Of a DNA stretch of 64,000 nt, positions 1 through 9,633 are shown piece by piece. The position numbers and the translations under genes were made by a program. The notes beneath the pieces are model-generated. The model made no database searches. It was given only the letters and a program-made list of their open reading frames with translations, and had not been told where the DNA came from. The stretch is from Thermodesulfovibrionales bacterium (lineage in GTDB: Bacteria > Nitrospirota > Thermodesulfovibrionia > Thermodesulfovibrionales > SM23-35): positions 128,001 through 192,000 of the forward strand of contig CAVQRT010000007.1 of assembly GCA_963715195.1 (NCBI GenBank), given 5' to 3'. How positions within the stretch are numbered: position 1 is the first letter of the stretch; the number at the start of each line of letters is the position of its first letter.

Positions 1-1
1 C

Positions 2-1072
2 TTCGATACACCGGACAATATCAAGGAAGCGGCAGTGCGGGCTATGCTGGAAGGGTTTACAAAATATACGCCTGTTGGGGGTATCGAACCCCTGAAGGAT
101 GCAATTATCGATAAGTTAAGGAATGACAACAACCTACGCTACTCACGGGACGAAATTATTGTATCCTGTGGAGCAAAACACAGTCTGTATAATATAGCGC
201 AGGCACTCTTCGATGCCGGTGATGAGATACTGATCCCGGCGCCTTACTGGGTTTCATATCCTGACCAGGTTCTCTTAAACGATGCTGCGCCGGTATTCGT
301 GAAGACGTATGAAGATGACCTTTTCAAAGTGCAACCTGAAGCCATAGAATCTCATATCACAGGGAAGACCAAGGCCCTGATTCTGAATTCACCCTCGAAC
401 CCAACAGGCCTTGCCTATGACAGAAAGAGCCTCGAGAAAATAGCGGAATTAGTCCTGAAATATGACATGTACGTCATATCCGATGAAATCTACGAAAAAC
501 TGATGTACGATGGATTCGAACATATTAGCCTTGCTTCGGTAGATCCTTCTTTGAAGGATAAAACTTTAGTCGTCAACGGTTTATCTAAGTCTTATGCAAT
601 GACCGGATGGAGAATCGGATATGCAGCAGGTCCGAAACAGATCATACAGGCCATGACGAATATTCAAAGTCAGTCTACCTCAAACCCGAATTCCATAGCC
701 CAGAGGGCAGCGGTGGAAGCGCTGACCGGTCCTCAGGATTTCATACAGACCATGCTTCATGAATTTGACCGCAGAAGATTGTTTCTTGTCAATGCACTGA
801 ATACGATTCCCGGCATACGCTGTCTGATGCCCGCCGGGGCTTTCTATGCTTTTCCCAATACGCAGGGATGCTACGGAAAGTCTGCAAATAACACTCTGAT
901 ATCCTCGTCGTCCGACTTTGCGTTCTATCTCCTCGAAGAGGCGAGGGTGGCACTTGTCCACGGGGGGGCATTCGGCAATGACAATCATATCAGGCTCTCC
1001 TACGCCACCTCCATAGACGAGATAAAAAAGGGGGTAGAGCGGATACGGTCCGCTGTCAACAGGCTTTCTTGA
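2..1072 (+). CDS. PLP-dependent class I/II aminotransferase (aspartate aminotransferase-like), 5' end outside window
   Basis: Motifs NSPSNPTG, SDEIY and SKSYAMTGWRIG; frame stays open to the window edge (FDTPDNIKEAA). Confidence 0.92.
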   Translation, partial: FDTPDNIKEAAVRAMLEGFTKYTPVGGIEPLKDAIIDKLRNDNNLRYSRDEIIVSCGAKHSLYNIAQALFDAGDEILIPAPYWVSYPDQVLLNDAAPVFVKTYEDDLFKVQPEAIESHITGKTKALILNSPSNPTGLAYDRKSLEKIAELVLKYDMYVISDEIYEKLMYDGFEHISLASVDPSLKDKTLVVNGLSKSYAMTGWRIGYAAGPKQIIQAMTNIQSQSTSNPNSIAQRAAVEALTGPQDFIQTMLHEFDRRRLFLVNALNTIPGIRCLMPAGAFYAFPNTQGCYGKSANNTLISSSSDFAFYLLEEARVALVHGGAFGNDNHIRLSYATSIDEIKKGVERIRSAVNRLS

Positions 1073-1965
1073 AAACCGAAGAAGATTTCCGCTCCGGCTA
1101 TGTATCAATCATTGGTCAGCCAAATGTCGGCAAGTCAACCCTCCTGAATGCAATTCTCGGTGAGAAAGTAGCAATCGTTACACCCAGGCCGCAGACCACC
1201 AGGAACCGGATTATCGGAATAAAAAATCTTCCGGATGCACAGATTATTTTTATTGATACTCCGGGAATTCACCAGCCAAAACATAAACTCGGGGAGGCCA
1301 TGGTGAAAACTGCGCTTGGGTCTTTACGGGAAGTTGATGTTGTTCTCCTCATGGTTGAGCCGCATAAACCCGGCAAAGATGACCGAAACATTATTTCTCT
1401 GTTGAAGACCGTAAAATCTCCTGTTATTCTCCTCATCAACAAGATAGACACGATCAAGAAGCAGAGACTCCTTCCGGTTATCGATCGCTTCGTCGAATTG
1501 TTTCCCTTTCGTGAGATTTTTCCAGTCTCTGCCATGAAATTGGACGGAATCGACATGCTGGTGCAAACGATATGCGATAAACTTCCCCGCGGACCGAAGT
1601 ATTTCCCTGACGATCTTTTTACGGACCAGGCAGAGCGGTTTATGGTATCCGAGATCATCCGTGAGAGGATCATGGAAATGACAGAGGAAGAACTGCCGCA
1701 TGCCGTGGCTGTTGAAGTTCACAAATGGACGGAGAGAGAAGACGGCCTTATATCAATCAGCTGTAATATTTATGTTGAAAGAGAAGGGCAAAAAGCTATT
1801 ATAATAGGAAGGCGCGGTTCGATGCTGAAGGCTGTCGGAAGTGCCGCACGGATAGAGATCGAAAAGCTCCTCAATGCAAAGGTATTTCTTGCATTATGGG
1901 TCAAGGTCAGGAAAAAGTGGAGAGACGACAATCAGTTGCTGAAGGAACTCGGATACCGGGTGTAG
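1069..1965 (+). CDS. era: GTPase Era
   Basis: GQPNVGKST, PQTTR, DTPG, NKID and C-terminal KH domain (IIIGRRG). Confidence 0.97.
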   Translation: MKTEEDFRSGYVSIIGQPNVGKSTLLNAILGEKVAIVTPRPQTTRNRIIGIKNLPDAQIIFIDTPGIHQPKHKLGEAMVKTALGSLREVDVVLLMVEPHKPGKDDRNIISLLKTVKSPVILLINKIDTIKKQRLLPVIDRFVELFPFREIFPVSAMKLDGIDMLVQTICDKLPRGPKYFPDDLFTDQAERFMVSEIIRERIMEMTEEELPHAVAVEVHKWTEREDGLISISCNIYVEREGQKAIIIGRRGSMLKAVGSAARIEIEKLLNAKVFLALWVKVRKKWRDDNQLLKELGYRV

Positions 1966-1969
1966 ATGG

Positions 1970-2422
1970 ATGCTGATTCAGATGAAAGTCGAGGGAATGC
2001 TGTTCGATCCCCGCAGCAATATGTATATTCTTCTCCTGAAAGAAATCGACGGCAACGGTACACTTCCAATCTGGATCGGGAAACCCGAAGCTGATTCAAT
2101 TGCACTTGCATTGGGAAAAGTCGAAACGCCGAGGCCTTTGACCCACGATCTCATCAAAAACATCGCCGACAGTCTGAAAGTGAAAATAACGAAGATTATT
2201 GTTACCGAAATTCTGGACAATACCTATTATGCACTCGTCTGCATGAACGACGGAAGAAAAGAGACCATGGTGGATTCCAGACCAAGTGACGCTGTTGCTG
2301 TTGCGCTGAGAGTGAATGCGCCCATTTTTGTCGAAGAAACCATCATGGAGCAGAAAAGTGCAGACGAGCTCGAAGAATGGCTGAAAAACCTGAAACCTGA
2401 GGATTTCGGAAATATCATGTGA
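1970..2422 (+). CDS. Bifunctional nuclease family protein (DUF151)
   Basis: LPIWIG..EA, RPLTHDL and DSRPSDA motifs. Confidence 0.92.
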   Translation: MLIQMKVEGMLFDPRSNMYILLLKEIDGNGTLPIWIGKPEADSIALALGKVETPRPLTHDLIKNIADSLKVKITKIIVTEILDNTYYALVCMNDGRKETMVDSRPSDAVAVALRVNAPIFVEETIMEQKSADELEEWLKNLKPEDFGNIM

Positions 2423-3246
2423 TGCTCAGACGAACAGAGGGTATTGTATTACGCACCGTTCCTTTTGGAGAAGCCGACCTTATTGCAACCTTCCTGACTC
2501 CTGATTACGGATCGATGAAAGTGTTCGCAAAGAGTCCCCGCAAAATCAGAAGCAGATTCGGAAGCAGCCTGGAACCCCTTACCTGTTCAGTGATATCCTT
2601 CTGGGGCAAAGAGGATGCTGCGCTCCCGAGACTTACCCAGTCCGATATCCTTCACTCTTTTCAGACGATCAGGAATAACCTCCATGTCTTTGTGAAGGTA
2701 TCGGAAATCATTGAACTCACCATGGTCCTTATGCCGGAGAAGGACGTAAATAAAAAAACGTATCAGCTTCTCTCCCATACCTTGCAGGCCATTGAGCAAG
2801 GGCTGACGGGTGACTGCGGACACCAGCCGACCGAGAGGGGATCGGGAAGCAGTTTGCAAGGCGAAAAAAGCGTTCTTCGCGACACAGAATTTCTGATTAG
2901 TCATTATAAGGTTAAATTTCTTAAATATGCGGGTTTTGCACCCAAACTCGATGCCTGCGGGAGATGCGGTGAGAAAGGATTCTGTTTTTATGTCTCCCAG
3001 GGAGCAATTCTCTGTGAGTCATGTGCAAAGGGTACAGACACTCCGATAGAAATCTCAGCCGCAATGAGGAAATTATACGAAGACCTTTTGCTGTGGGATA
3101 CGGCAAAGGTGCAGCGGATTAAACCCTCTCAGGTGCTCCTTGCAGACCTTTCAGAGGTCATGAGAATGCACATACGGTACATTCTCTCAAAGTCGCTGAA
3201 TACCGAGGCATTTGTTTCTGCAACCGGTAAGGAATTGTATCAATAA
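2419..3246 (+). CDS. recO: DNA repair protein RecO
   Basis: GIVLR...GEAD OB-fold start, CxxC...CxxC Zn finger, position next to era. Confidence 0.9.
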   Translation: MMLRRTEGIVLRTVPFGEADLIATFLTPDYGSMKVFAKSPRKIRSRFGSSLEPLTCSVISFWGKEDAALPRLTQSDILHSFQTIRNNLHVFVKVSEIIELTMVLMPEKDVNKKTYQLLSHTLQAIEQGLTGDCGHQPTERGSGSSLQGEKSVLRDTEFLISHYKVKFLKYAGFAPKLDACGRCGEKGFCFYVSQGAILCESCAKGTDTPIEISAAMRKLYEDLLLWDTAKVQRIKPSQVLLADLSEVMRMHIRYILSKSLNTEAFVSATGKELYQ

Positions 3247-3265
3247 AACAGAAGGAAGGGTTTTC

Positions 3266-4150
3266 ATGGAAAACGTGGTATTAAAAACTGATTTTCGCGA
3301 TGTGAAATTCCTGAAGCGGGGAAAAGTGAGAGACATCTATGATCTCGGCGAACATTTACTCCTTATAGCGACTGACAGGATTTCTGCGTTTGATGTGGTT
3401 CTGCCAAATGGAATACCGGGAAAGGGCAGGGTGCTCACTCAGATATCGATATACTGGTTCAGACAGATGGAAAACATTGTCCTTAACCATATCGAAGCTG
3501 CCAATGTAAAGGATTTTCCTCAAATGCTCCATAAATACTCCGATATTCTCGAGGGAAGGAGCCTGCTCGTCAAAAAGACGAACCCCGTGCCGGTTGAATG
3601 CGTTGTACGGGGTTATCTTTCAGGCAGCGGCTGGAAGGAATATCAGAACAATTCGTCTGTCTGCGGAATACCGTTGCCCCCCCGACTGGTTGAATCTGCC
3701 CGGTTAGAGGCGCCTATATTTACACCAAGCACAAAAGAAGATGAAGGGCATGATATGAATATCACGTATGATGACGTCGTGAACATCGTCGGGACCGACC
3801 TCGCGGAGAAACTGAGAGATACCAGCATCTCCCTTTATTCACGGGCAAACAATATTGCAAAAGCGAAGGGTATCATCATTGCTGATACAAAATTCGAATT
3901 CGGCTTGTCAGGCGGAAATTTTATGGTTATCGACGAAATGCTGACACCCGATTCATCACGTTTCTGGTCGGCAGACACTTATCTGCCCGGAAGAAACCAG
4001 GACAGTTACGACAAGCAGATTGTCAGGGACTATCTCCTGACACTCGACTGGGACAAAACACATCCCGGTCCTGTCTTGCCGCAAGAAATAATCGAAAAGA
4101 CAGCTGTACGATATCGGGAAATCCTCAAGATTCTCACCGGGCAGGAATAA
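3266..4150 (+). CDS. purC: SAICAR synthetase
   Basis: [15 protein letters not shown] and DTKFEFG; ATG 3266 follows GAAGGAAGG. Confidence 0.96.
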   Translation: MENVVLKTDFRDVKFLKRGKVRDIYDLGEHLLLIATDRISAFDVVLPNGIPGKGRVLTQISIYWFRQMENIVLNHIEAANVKDFPQMLHKYSDILEGRSLLVKKTNPVPVECVVRGYLSGSGWKEYQNNSSVCGIPLPPRLVESARLEAPIFTPSTKEDEGHDMNITYDDVVNIVGTDLAEKLRDTSISLYSRANNIAKAKGIIIADTKFEFGLSGGNFMVIDEMLTPDSSRFWSADTYLPGRNQDSYDKQIVRDYLLTLDWDKTHPGPVLPQEIIEKTAVRYREILKILTGQE

Positions 4151-4195
4151 AACTCAACTTTATTCGTTTCTATTAAGGTTTGTTGAGAAAGCTTC

Positions 4196-6772
4196 CTACA
4201 GACTTAAACGTTTCTTCAACTCGATAAGTTTACTGAGGGCTTCATGTGGAGTCATTGTATCTGCATCGAGGTTCCTGATTTCTGTTACAACAGAATCGGT
4301 GAGTGACGAAAAAAGGTCAAGCTGTGCACTTCCCTTCTTTGTCTTCCTGTCCGCAAACCTCGGTTTGCCGGCTTCGTTCAGTTCTTCCTTTTCGAGATTC
4401 GCGAGCACCTCTTTGGCCCTTCCAATAATGCTGTCCGGAAGGCCTGCAAGCCTCGCAACCTGGATGCCGTAACTCTTGTCCGCAGGCCCCTTTTCAATCT
4501 TCCTCAGGAAGATGATTTCGTCTCCCCACTCTTTTACAGCAATATTGTAATTTCTAACGCCATCGTGAGTAAGGGCGAGCTCGGTAAGCTCATGATAGTG
4601 TGTTGCAAAAAGCGTTCTGGCGTGAAGGGCGTTCAGAATGTGTTCGGCAACCGCCCATGCGATGCTGATCCCGTCGAAAGTGCTCGTCCCCCTTCCCACT
4701 TCATCGAGAAGGATAAGACTTTTTGATGTCGCATTGTGTGTGATATTCGAGACTTCGATCATCTCGACCATGAATGTGCTTTGACCCATCGTGAGGAAAT
4801 CGGATGCCCCAATCCTGGTAAATATTCTGTCTGCAATGCCGATATGCGCTTCAGACGCAGGAATAAAACTTCCTATTTGGGTCATGATCATCATGAGGGC
4901 AACCTGCCGCATGTAGGTTGACTTTCCTGCCATGTTTGGACCCGTAATGATGAGAAGACGGTCGGCGTTGTTATCCATATAAACACTGTTCGGAATAAAC
5001 CGGCCGGCTGACTGGATCCTTTCGAGTACCGGGTGGCGTCCGTCGCTTATATCGATGACGCTGGTGTGGTCGACAGACGGTTTTACATAGTTGTACCTCT
5101 TTGACACGACGGCAAGGGAACAAAGAAAATCCGTAATCGCAAGAGCCGATGCAGTCTCGAAAAGTCGTGATGATTCGCGGTGCACTTCACCAAGGATTTC
5201 CTGAAATATCTCATATTCAAGGCCTTTCAGTCTCTCCTCTGAGCCAAGAACCCTGGATTCATATTCTTTCAGTTCGGGTGTTATGAACCGCTCTCCGCCG
5301 ACAAGGGTCTGCTTCCTGATGTAATCATCAGGAACCATGTGGAGGTTCGACTTTGTGACTTCAATGTAATACCCGTAGACTCTGTTATAGCTGATCTTGA
5401 GGGAAGAGATGCCTGTCCGCTTTTTTTCTCTCGACTCCAGTTCCGCAATGAAATATTTTCCTTTTTTCGAAAGATTTCTCAGTTCATCGATCTCGGGAGA
5501 GTATCCGTCCTTGATGATTCCTCCTTCCTTAATATTGACCGGCGGGGAGTCGATGATGCTCTTTTCGATTAGTTCCTTCAGGGCGTGGAATTCAGATATA
5601 GCTTCCGCAATAGTCCGGAGAAAGGCATTTTTTGAAGCGTTCAGGGATTTTTTTATACTCGGCACATTGACTACTGAAATTTTAATTGCTACGGTATCCC
5701 GGGCATTGGCGGTTTTGGCATGTATCTTCGTCGTGAGCCGTTCGATATCCTGTATTCTTCTGAGAGCAGTCCTGAGCTGCTCGAGGAGTTCAAAATCATC
5801 AATGAGATATTCAATCGCGTCTCTTCTCTGTTTAATCTCGTTCAGATCCGTAAGGGGCTTCATGATGGAAGAGCGAAGAAGCCTTCCGCCCATGGGGGTC
5901 AGGGTCTCATCGAGCACCCACAGCAGGGTCCCCTCGGAAGAACCGTCTTTCACATTGTGTGTCAGTTCAAGGTTTCTCTGTGTCGTTGCATCGAGAAACA
6001 TGCACGTGTCCTGTCTGAGACGGGAAATTTTTTTCAGACAGAATGTATCTCTCTGGGTCTCCACAAGATAATTGATGAGCGCACCGGCAGCAGAGATTGC
6101 GGCAGTCATGCCCTCACAACCGAAACCTTCAAGGGATGATACCTTGAGATGCTGCAGTAGTGTTTTATAGGCATCTGCATAATCATAGAACCAGTCTTCG
6201 TAAACGGACACAAAGAATTGCTGAAAGGCCTCCTGATAGTGGATATCGCTCTGAATACTTCTGGGAATAAGGATTTCTCTCGGTTCAAAACGGAAGACCT
6301 CGTCCTGAATATCATCAAATGTCTCGTACATAATGAACTCCCCGGTCGAGATATCAGTCAGTGCGATGCCGTGCTGATTGCCGGAGGGAAAGATGCTAAT
6401 GATATAGACATTTTCCTTCGGATTTTCAGGGGTGTATGTCCCGGGAGTGATGACCCTTACGACATCCCTGTCGACAATCCCCTTTGCCTCCCTGGGGTCT
6501 TCCATCTGTTCACATATGGCAACCTTAAGACCGGATTTGATCAACTTCAGGATATATGAATCCGCCGCAAAATAGGGTACACCGCACATGGGCATAGGGT
6601 CTTCTTTCGATTTGTCTCTCGTTGTAAGTGCTATCTGAAGAATCCTTGAAGCCTTTTCAGCATCTTCTCCAAACATTTCGTAGAAATCTCCAAGCCTGAA
6701 AAGAACAATCGCATCCCGGTACTTTTCCTTTACACTCAAATATTGTTTCATTAACGGAGTCGGTTCAGTCAT
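4196..6772 (-). CDS. mutS: DNA mismatch repair protein MutS
   Basis: FRLGDFYEMF, TGPNMAGKST, LDEVGRGTST and C-terminal clamp-binding QLDLF. Confidence 0.98.
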   Translation of the reverse strand: MTEPTPLMKQYLSVKEKYRDAIVLFRLGDFYEMFGEDAEKASRILQIALTTRDKSKEDPMPMCGVPYFAADSYILKLIKSGLKVAICEQMEDPREAKGIVDRDVVRVITPGTYTPENPKENVYIISIFPSGNQHGIALTDISTGEFIMYETFDDIQDEVFRFEPREILIPRSIQSDIHYQEAFQQFFVSVYEDWFYDYADAYKTLLQHLKVSSLEGFGCEGMTAAISAAGALINYLVETQRDTFCLKKISRLRQDTCMFLDATTQRNLELTHNVKDGSSEGTLLWVLDETLTPMGGRLLRSSIMKPLTDLNEIKQRRDAIEYLIDDFELLEQLRTALRRIQDIERLTTKIHAKTANARDTVAIKISVVNVPSIKKSLNASKNAFLRTIAEAISEFHALKELIEKSIIDSPPVNIKEGGIIKDGYSPEIDELRNLSKKGKYFIAELESREKKRTGISSLKISYNRVYGYYIEVTKSNLHMVPDDYIRKQTLVGGERFITPELKEYESRVLGSEERLKGLEYEIFQEILGEVHRESSRLFETASALAITDFLCSLAVVSKRYNYVKPSVDHTSVIDISDGRHPVLERIQSAGRFIPNSVYMDNNADRLLIITGPNMAGKSTYMRQVALMMIMTQIGSFIPASEAHIGIADRIFTRIGASDFLTMGQSTFMVEMIEVSNITHNATSKSLILLDEVGRGTSTFDGISIAWAVAEHILNALHARTLFATHYHELTELALTHDGVRNYNIAVKEWGDEIIFLRKIEKGPADKSYGIQVARLAGLPDSIIGRAKEVLANLEKEELNEAGKPRFADRKTKKGSAQLDLFSSLTDSVVTEIRNLDADTMTPHEALSKLIELKKRLSL

Positions 6773-6970
6773 AACGGATATTTAATACCATCGGTACATG
6801 AAAGTGCAATACGGCAGGCAGAGCGCCGCAGATCGAAAATACCTTGACGCTTTTATTTCTTCAGGAACGTTCTGTTGCCGGTTGCAAGCCCTCAGGAATG
6901 AACAATGAATAATGAGTTCCTTTGATCAAAGAATTCATCGATGCTCTGCATCGGGGTCAATATTTCCGCT

Positions 6971-7007
6971 ATTCAGAGATTCCCGCCTGGCAGGAATCGT
7001 TCTGAAT
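6971..7007. repeat. Intergenic imperfect palindrome with ATTCCC...GGAAT core
   Basis: ATTCAGA-GATTCC-CGCCTGGCA-GGAATC-GT-TCTGAAT. Confidence 0.45.
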
Positions 7008-7132
7008 TATGAGAAATTGCGGTATATCAACGTCAGATTTTGGTCAAGCCGGAATGTCATTTTATGATACCTCTCGATCGTTGATGAGGAGGGAAATACA
7101 GCGGTGAAGACCGGATTCCAGTGATAGAGGCC

Positions 7133-7171
7133 AAAAAAAATGGCAGGGAATGTATAACATCCCTGCCATTT
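7133..7171 (-). terminator. Intrinsic terminator of the small Sec-peptide gene
   Basis: Stem AAATGGCAGGGA/TCCCTGCCATTT ending in a T8 run on the minus strand, 8 nt after the TAA. Confidence 0.85.
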
Positions 7172-7179
7172 CGAATCGC

Positions 7180-7326
7180 TTATTCGTTGCTTGACCAGCA
7201 ACGTCAGCTTTTTCAGCTCTTTCACTTATGGCATGACTTCCCGGGAATTTCCTTCATGGCCGTCTTGATCCCTTCCCAGAAAGCAGTTTCTCTCGCGAGC
7301 ATTTTTTTGCTCAGCGGTTTTTTCAT
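7180..7326 (-). CDS. Putative multi-selenocysteine small peptide MKKPLSKKMLARETAFWEGIKTAMKEIPGKSCHKUKSUKSURCWSSNE (48 aa if all three UGA are recoded)
   Basis: AGGAGGTG RBS 6 nt before ATG; in-frame TGA at codons 35, 38 and 41 in register with Cys32; SECIS-like hairpin; own promoter and terminator; selD nearby. Confidence 0.7.
7185..7203 (-). other. Candidate bacterial SECIS element of the small peptide
   Basis: Perfect 7-bp stem CGTTGCT/AGCAACG with GGTCA loop; loop is 25 and 16 nt after the first and second TGA. Confidence 0.6.
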
Positions 7327-7392
7327 GGTAATCACCTCCTTTTCTCACATTGATAAATATTATGGGTAAAGGTTTGCTTATAGCTTTACTCA

Positions 7393-7420
7393 ATATTAGC
7401 AGATAAAAATTGTTTGTCAA
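7393..7420 (-). promoter_or_regulatory. Sigma70-type promoter of the small peptide gene
   Basis: TTGACA-16 nt-TAATAT with TG extended -10. Confidence 0.65.
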
Positions 7421-7454
7421 GAATTTTTTTGGGTGCTCTGCGCAGCCTGTCCAA

Positions 7455-7483
7455 TTGACTTACATGCTGATATATGTCATTCT
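7455..7483 (+). promoter_or_regulatory. Candidate promoter of the cold-shock gene
   Basis: TTGACT-17 nt-CATTCT with TG extended -10. Confidence 0.45.
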
Positions 7484-7514
7484 ATAGGTGAAGTCCAGAA
7501 GTTTTTGTATTACG

Positions 7515-7551
7515 AAGGCCACAAAGACTTTTAGCTTTGTGGCCTTTTTTT
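7515..7551 (+). terminator. Terminator-like hairpin in the csp leader (possible attenuator)
   Basis: 12-bp stem AAGGCCACAAAG/CTTTGTGGCCTT running into T7, about 40 nt before the csp ATG. Confidence 0.6.
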
Positions 7552-7593
7552 GATCGTTCTGAGATTTCAATTTACACGTAAGGAGGGAAAATA

Positions 7594-7794
7594 ATGGCTC
7601 AGGGAAAAGTAAAGTGGTTCAACGACTCTAAAGGGTTTGGCTTTATCACCAGAGATGATGGTACGGATATTTTTGTCCATCATTCTTCCATCCAGGGTAA
7701 CGGATTCAAGTCCCTTTCCGAAGGCGATTCAGTCAGCTTTGACAGTGAGAGCGGCCCAAAAGGGCTGAAGGCAATTAACGTAGTGAAACACTAA
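7594..7794 (+). CDS. Cold-shock protein (CspA family)
   Basis: [12 protein letters not shown] (RNP1) and DIFVHHS (RNP2); AAGGAGG RBS. Confidence 0.97.
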   Translation: MAQGKVKWFNDSKGFGFITRDDGTDIFVHHSSIQGNGFKSLSEGDSVSFDSESGPKGLKAINVVKH

Positions 7795-7799
7795 GATGC

Positions 7800-7840
7800 G
7801 AAGAAGTCCCCTGCAAACGAGCGGGGGACTTCTTCATTTT
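7800..7840 (+). terminator. Hairpin/terminator after csp
   Basis: GAAGAAGTCCCC...GGGGACTTCTTC followed by ATTTT. Confidence 0.6.
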
Positions 7841-7849
7841 GAGGATTCA

Positions 7850-8230
7850 TTGGCCCACAAACAAAATTATCTTGAAAGAGTCGAAAAGAATAAACAGCTA
7901 AAACTGAAAGCTGGTTTAATTTCTGACCGTTTCCCTGAAGTTTCAGACATCATCGTTCATATGACCTACTATCAGAAAGCGGTCAATCCGGTTCTGATGT
8001 CAAGAACGATTAATTTCTGGCCCTCTCACTACGCCTACTTCAATATGGAATGCATGAAAAAAGACTGCATTGACGGTGGATTTGATCTCACCTCGGTGAT
8101 TGTCAAGATGATTAAACATCATAAGAAATCAGCCAAAGGAAAAATGTGCTGTAATGGTCATATCATCCCTCCCGCCGCTGAGCATGCAAGCATTACTTAC
8201 GAAATTTCGATTAAGTATAATAAAAAATAA
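7850..8230 (+). CDS. Hypothetical Cys-motif protein (possible metal binding)
   Basis: Open frame with probable TTG start after GAGGA; ECMKKDCIDGGFDL...CC motif. Confidence 0.65.
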   Translation: MAHKQNYLERVEKNKQLKLKAGLISDRFPEVSDIIVHMTYYQKAVNPVLMSRTINFWPSHYAYFNMECMKKDCIDGGFDLTSVIVKMIKHHKKSAKGKMCCNGHIIPPAAEHASITYEISIKYNKK

Positions 8231-8466
8231 GTAGAAATCATACAGATATTACGAATACCTCTGCCGGACTTTAAATTCTCCATCACGAAGTTCGCAAACA
8301 TGATCATAAGAAGCATAAATATCCCTTTAAATATGGTAACGATCCGGCTTATTTCATCACGCATATTTGCATCAGGCCGATTTTCGCTTTGCCAGATACA
8401 ACTATCGCTTCATGGTTAGACAGCCCTTTTGTTAAAAAAGAAATCAATGAATATCTTTACGACTTT

Positions 8467-9516
8467 TTACAATACCTTAATGCAAGGAATTGAACTTGGT
8501 AATACGGTTCCAATGATTGCAGCAGTTTCAACACCTGCAGTTCTCAAGCTGTGAATTAACTGTTCCGCCTGAGATTCAGGAACAGCCAGAAGAAGACCGC
8601 CTGATGTTTGTGGATCAAAGAGCAATTCTTCCTCCTCCCTTGATAATTTTGCGACTATTTCAAGATGTCCTTCTGAAAGTTTTCTGTTTGCTTTATTGCT
8701 TCCAGTTGTTTCACCTTTACGGTACATCTCAAGAGCATGAGGATAAAACGGCAATTTATTATAGAAAAGGTTTATTTGAACTCCACTTCCTGATGACATT
8801 TCCCATGAATGTCCGACAATACCGAACCCTGTTATATCTGTACATGCATGGATATCGAAATTTACTGCCATATCAAGAGCCTTTTTATTAAGAGCGGCCA
8901 CCTGAGGTAAGATGCCTTCCAGTTCCTTGAAGGAGAGTTTTCCTGATCTGCAGGCATTAAACAAAACACCGGTGCCTAATGGTTTTGTGAGAATGAGGGA
9001 ATCACCCTCCTGAACCTTGCAGTTTGTTAATATTCTATCCGGATGAACGATTCCTGTTACGGCCAGACCATACTTGGGCTCATTGTCATCCACAGAATGT
9101 CCACCAGCCATAGAAGCACCAGCTTCAACAACTTTGTCATTGCCGCCACGAAGTATTTCCTTTAAGACACTCTTGTCAAGTTTCTTGGGAGGAAACATGA
9201 CAAGATTCAATGCAGTAAGAGGTTTACCCCCCATAGCATAGACGTCTGAGAGAGAATTCGCTGCAGCAATTTGTCCAAACCAATACGGATCATCTACCGG
9301 CGGAGTAATGAAATCAACGGTACTGATAAAGGCTATCTCATCTGACATGCGGTAAACTGCTGCATCGTCACACGTATTGAACCCGACAAGCAGGTTGGGA
9401 TCATGAGAAGAACTGAGCGCTTTGAGTGCTTCCGCCAGATCTGACGGACCTATTTTCGCTGCTCAGCCGCACGTGCGGGATAGTCCTGTAAGGGTTTTTT
9501 TCTTGAAGAGATTCAT
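8467..9516 (-). CDS. selD: Selenide, water dikinase SelD (selenoprotein, Sec18)
   Basis: The tracked ORF extends upstream through TGA 9463-9465 as LSRTCGUAAKIGP, the canonical active-site position. Also DDAAVY, ANSLSDVYAMGG, TDITGFG and DPQTSGGLL; AAGGA RBS. Confidence 0.96.
9431..9448 (-). other. SECIS element of selD
   Basis: TCCGTCA-GATC-TGGCGGA stem-loop; G-first loop 21 nt downstream of the UGA. Confidence 0.7.
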
Positions 9517-9557
9517 TTTCCTTATTTTTACTTTCGTCTTTAATGTACTTTCATGTC

Positions 9558-9576
9558 CAATAGTTCTTTTCTATTG
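9558..9576. promoter_or_regulatory. Palindromic LysR-type box upstream of selD
   Basis: CAATAG-N7-CTATTG perfect inverted repeat containing T-N11-A. Confidence 0.5.
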
Positions 9577-9633
9577 CTTTCTCAAGATGTATAGAAAATG
9601 TCTATTTATAGCATCGCATTTTTAGTGAATCCC

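Noticed and set aside
2800..2885. Low-complexity insertion in RecO as a possible mobile repeat or intein
   Set aside because: Short, with no splicing motifs and no second copy found.
7007..7420. Tracked ORFs 7007-7225, 7121-7369 and 7226-7420
   Set aside because: They lack an RBS and overlap promoter or terminator. The strong SD points to ATG 7326 in a different frame.
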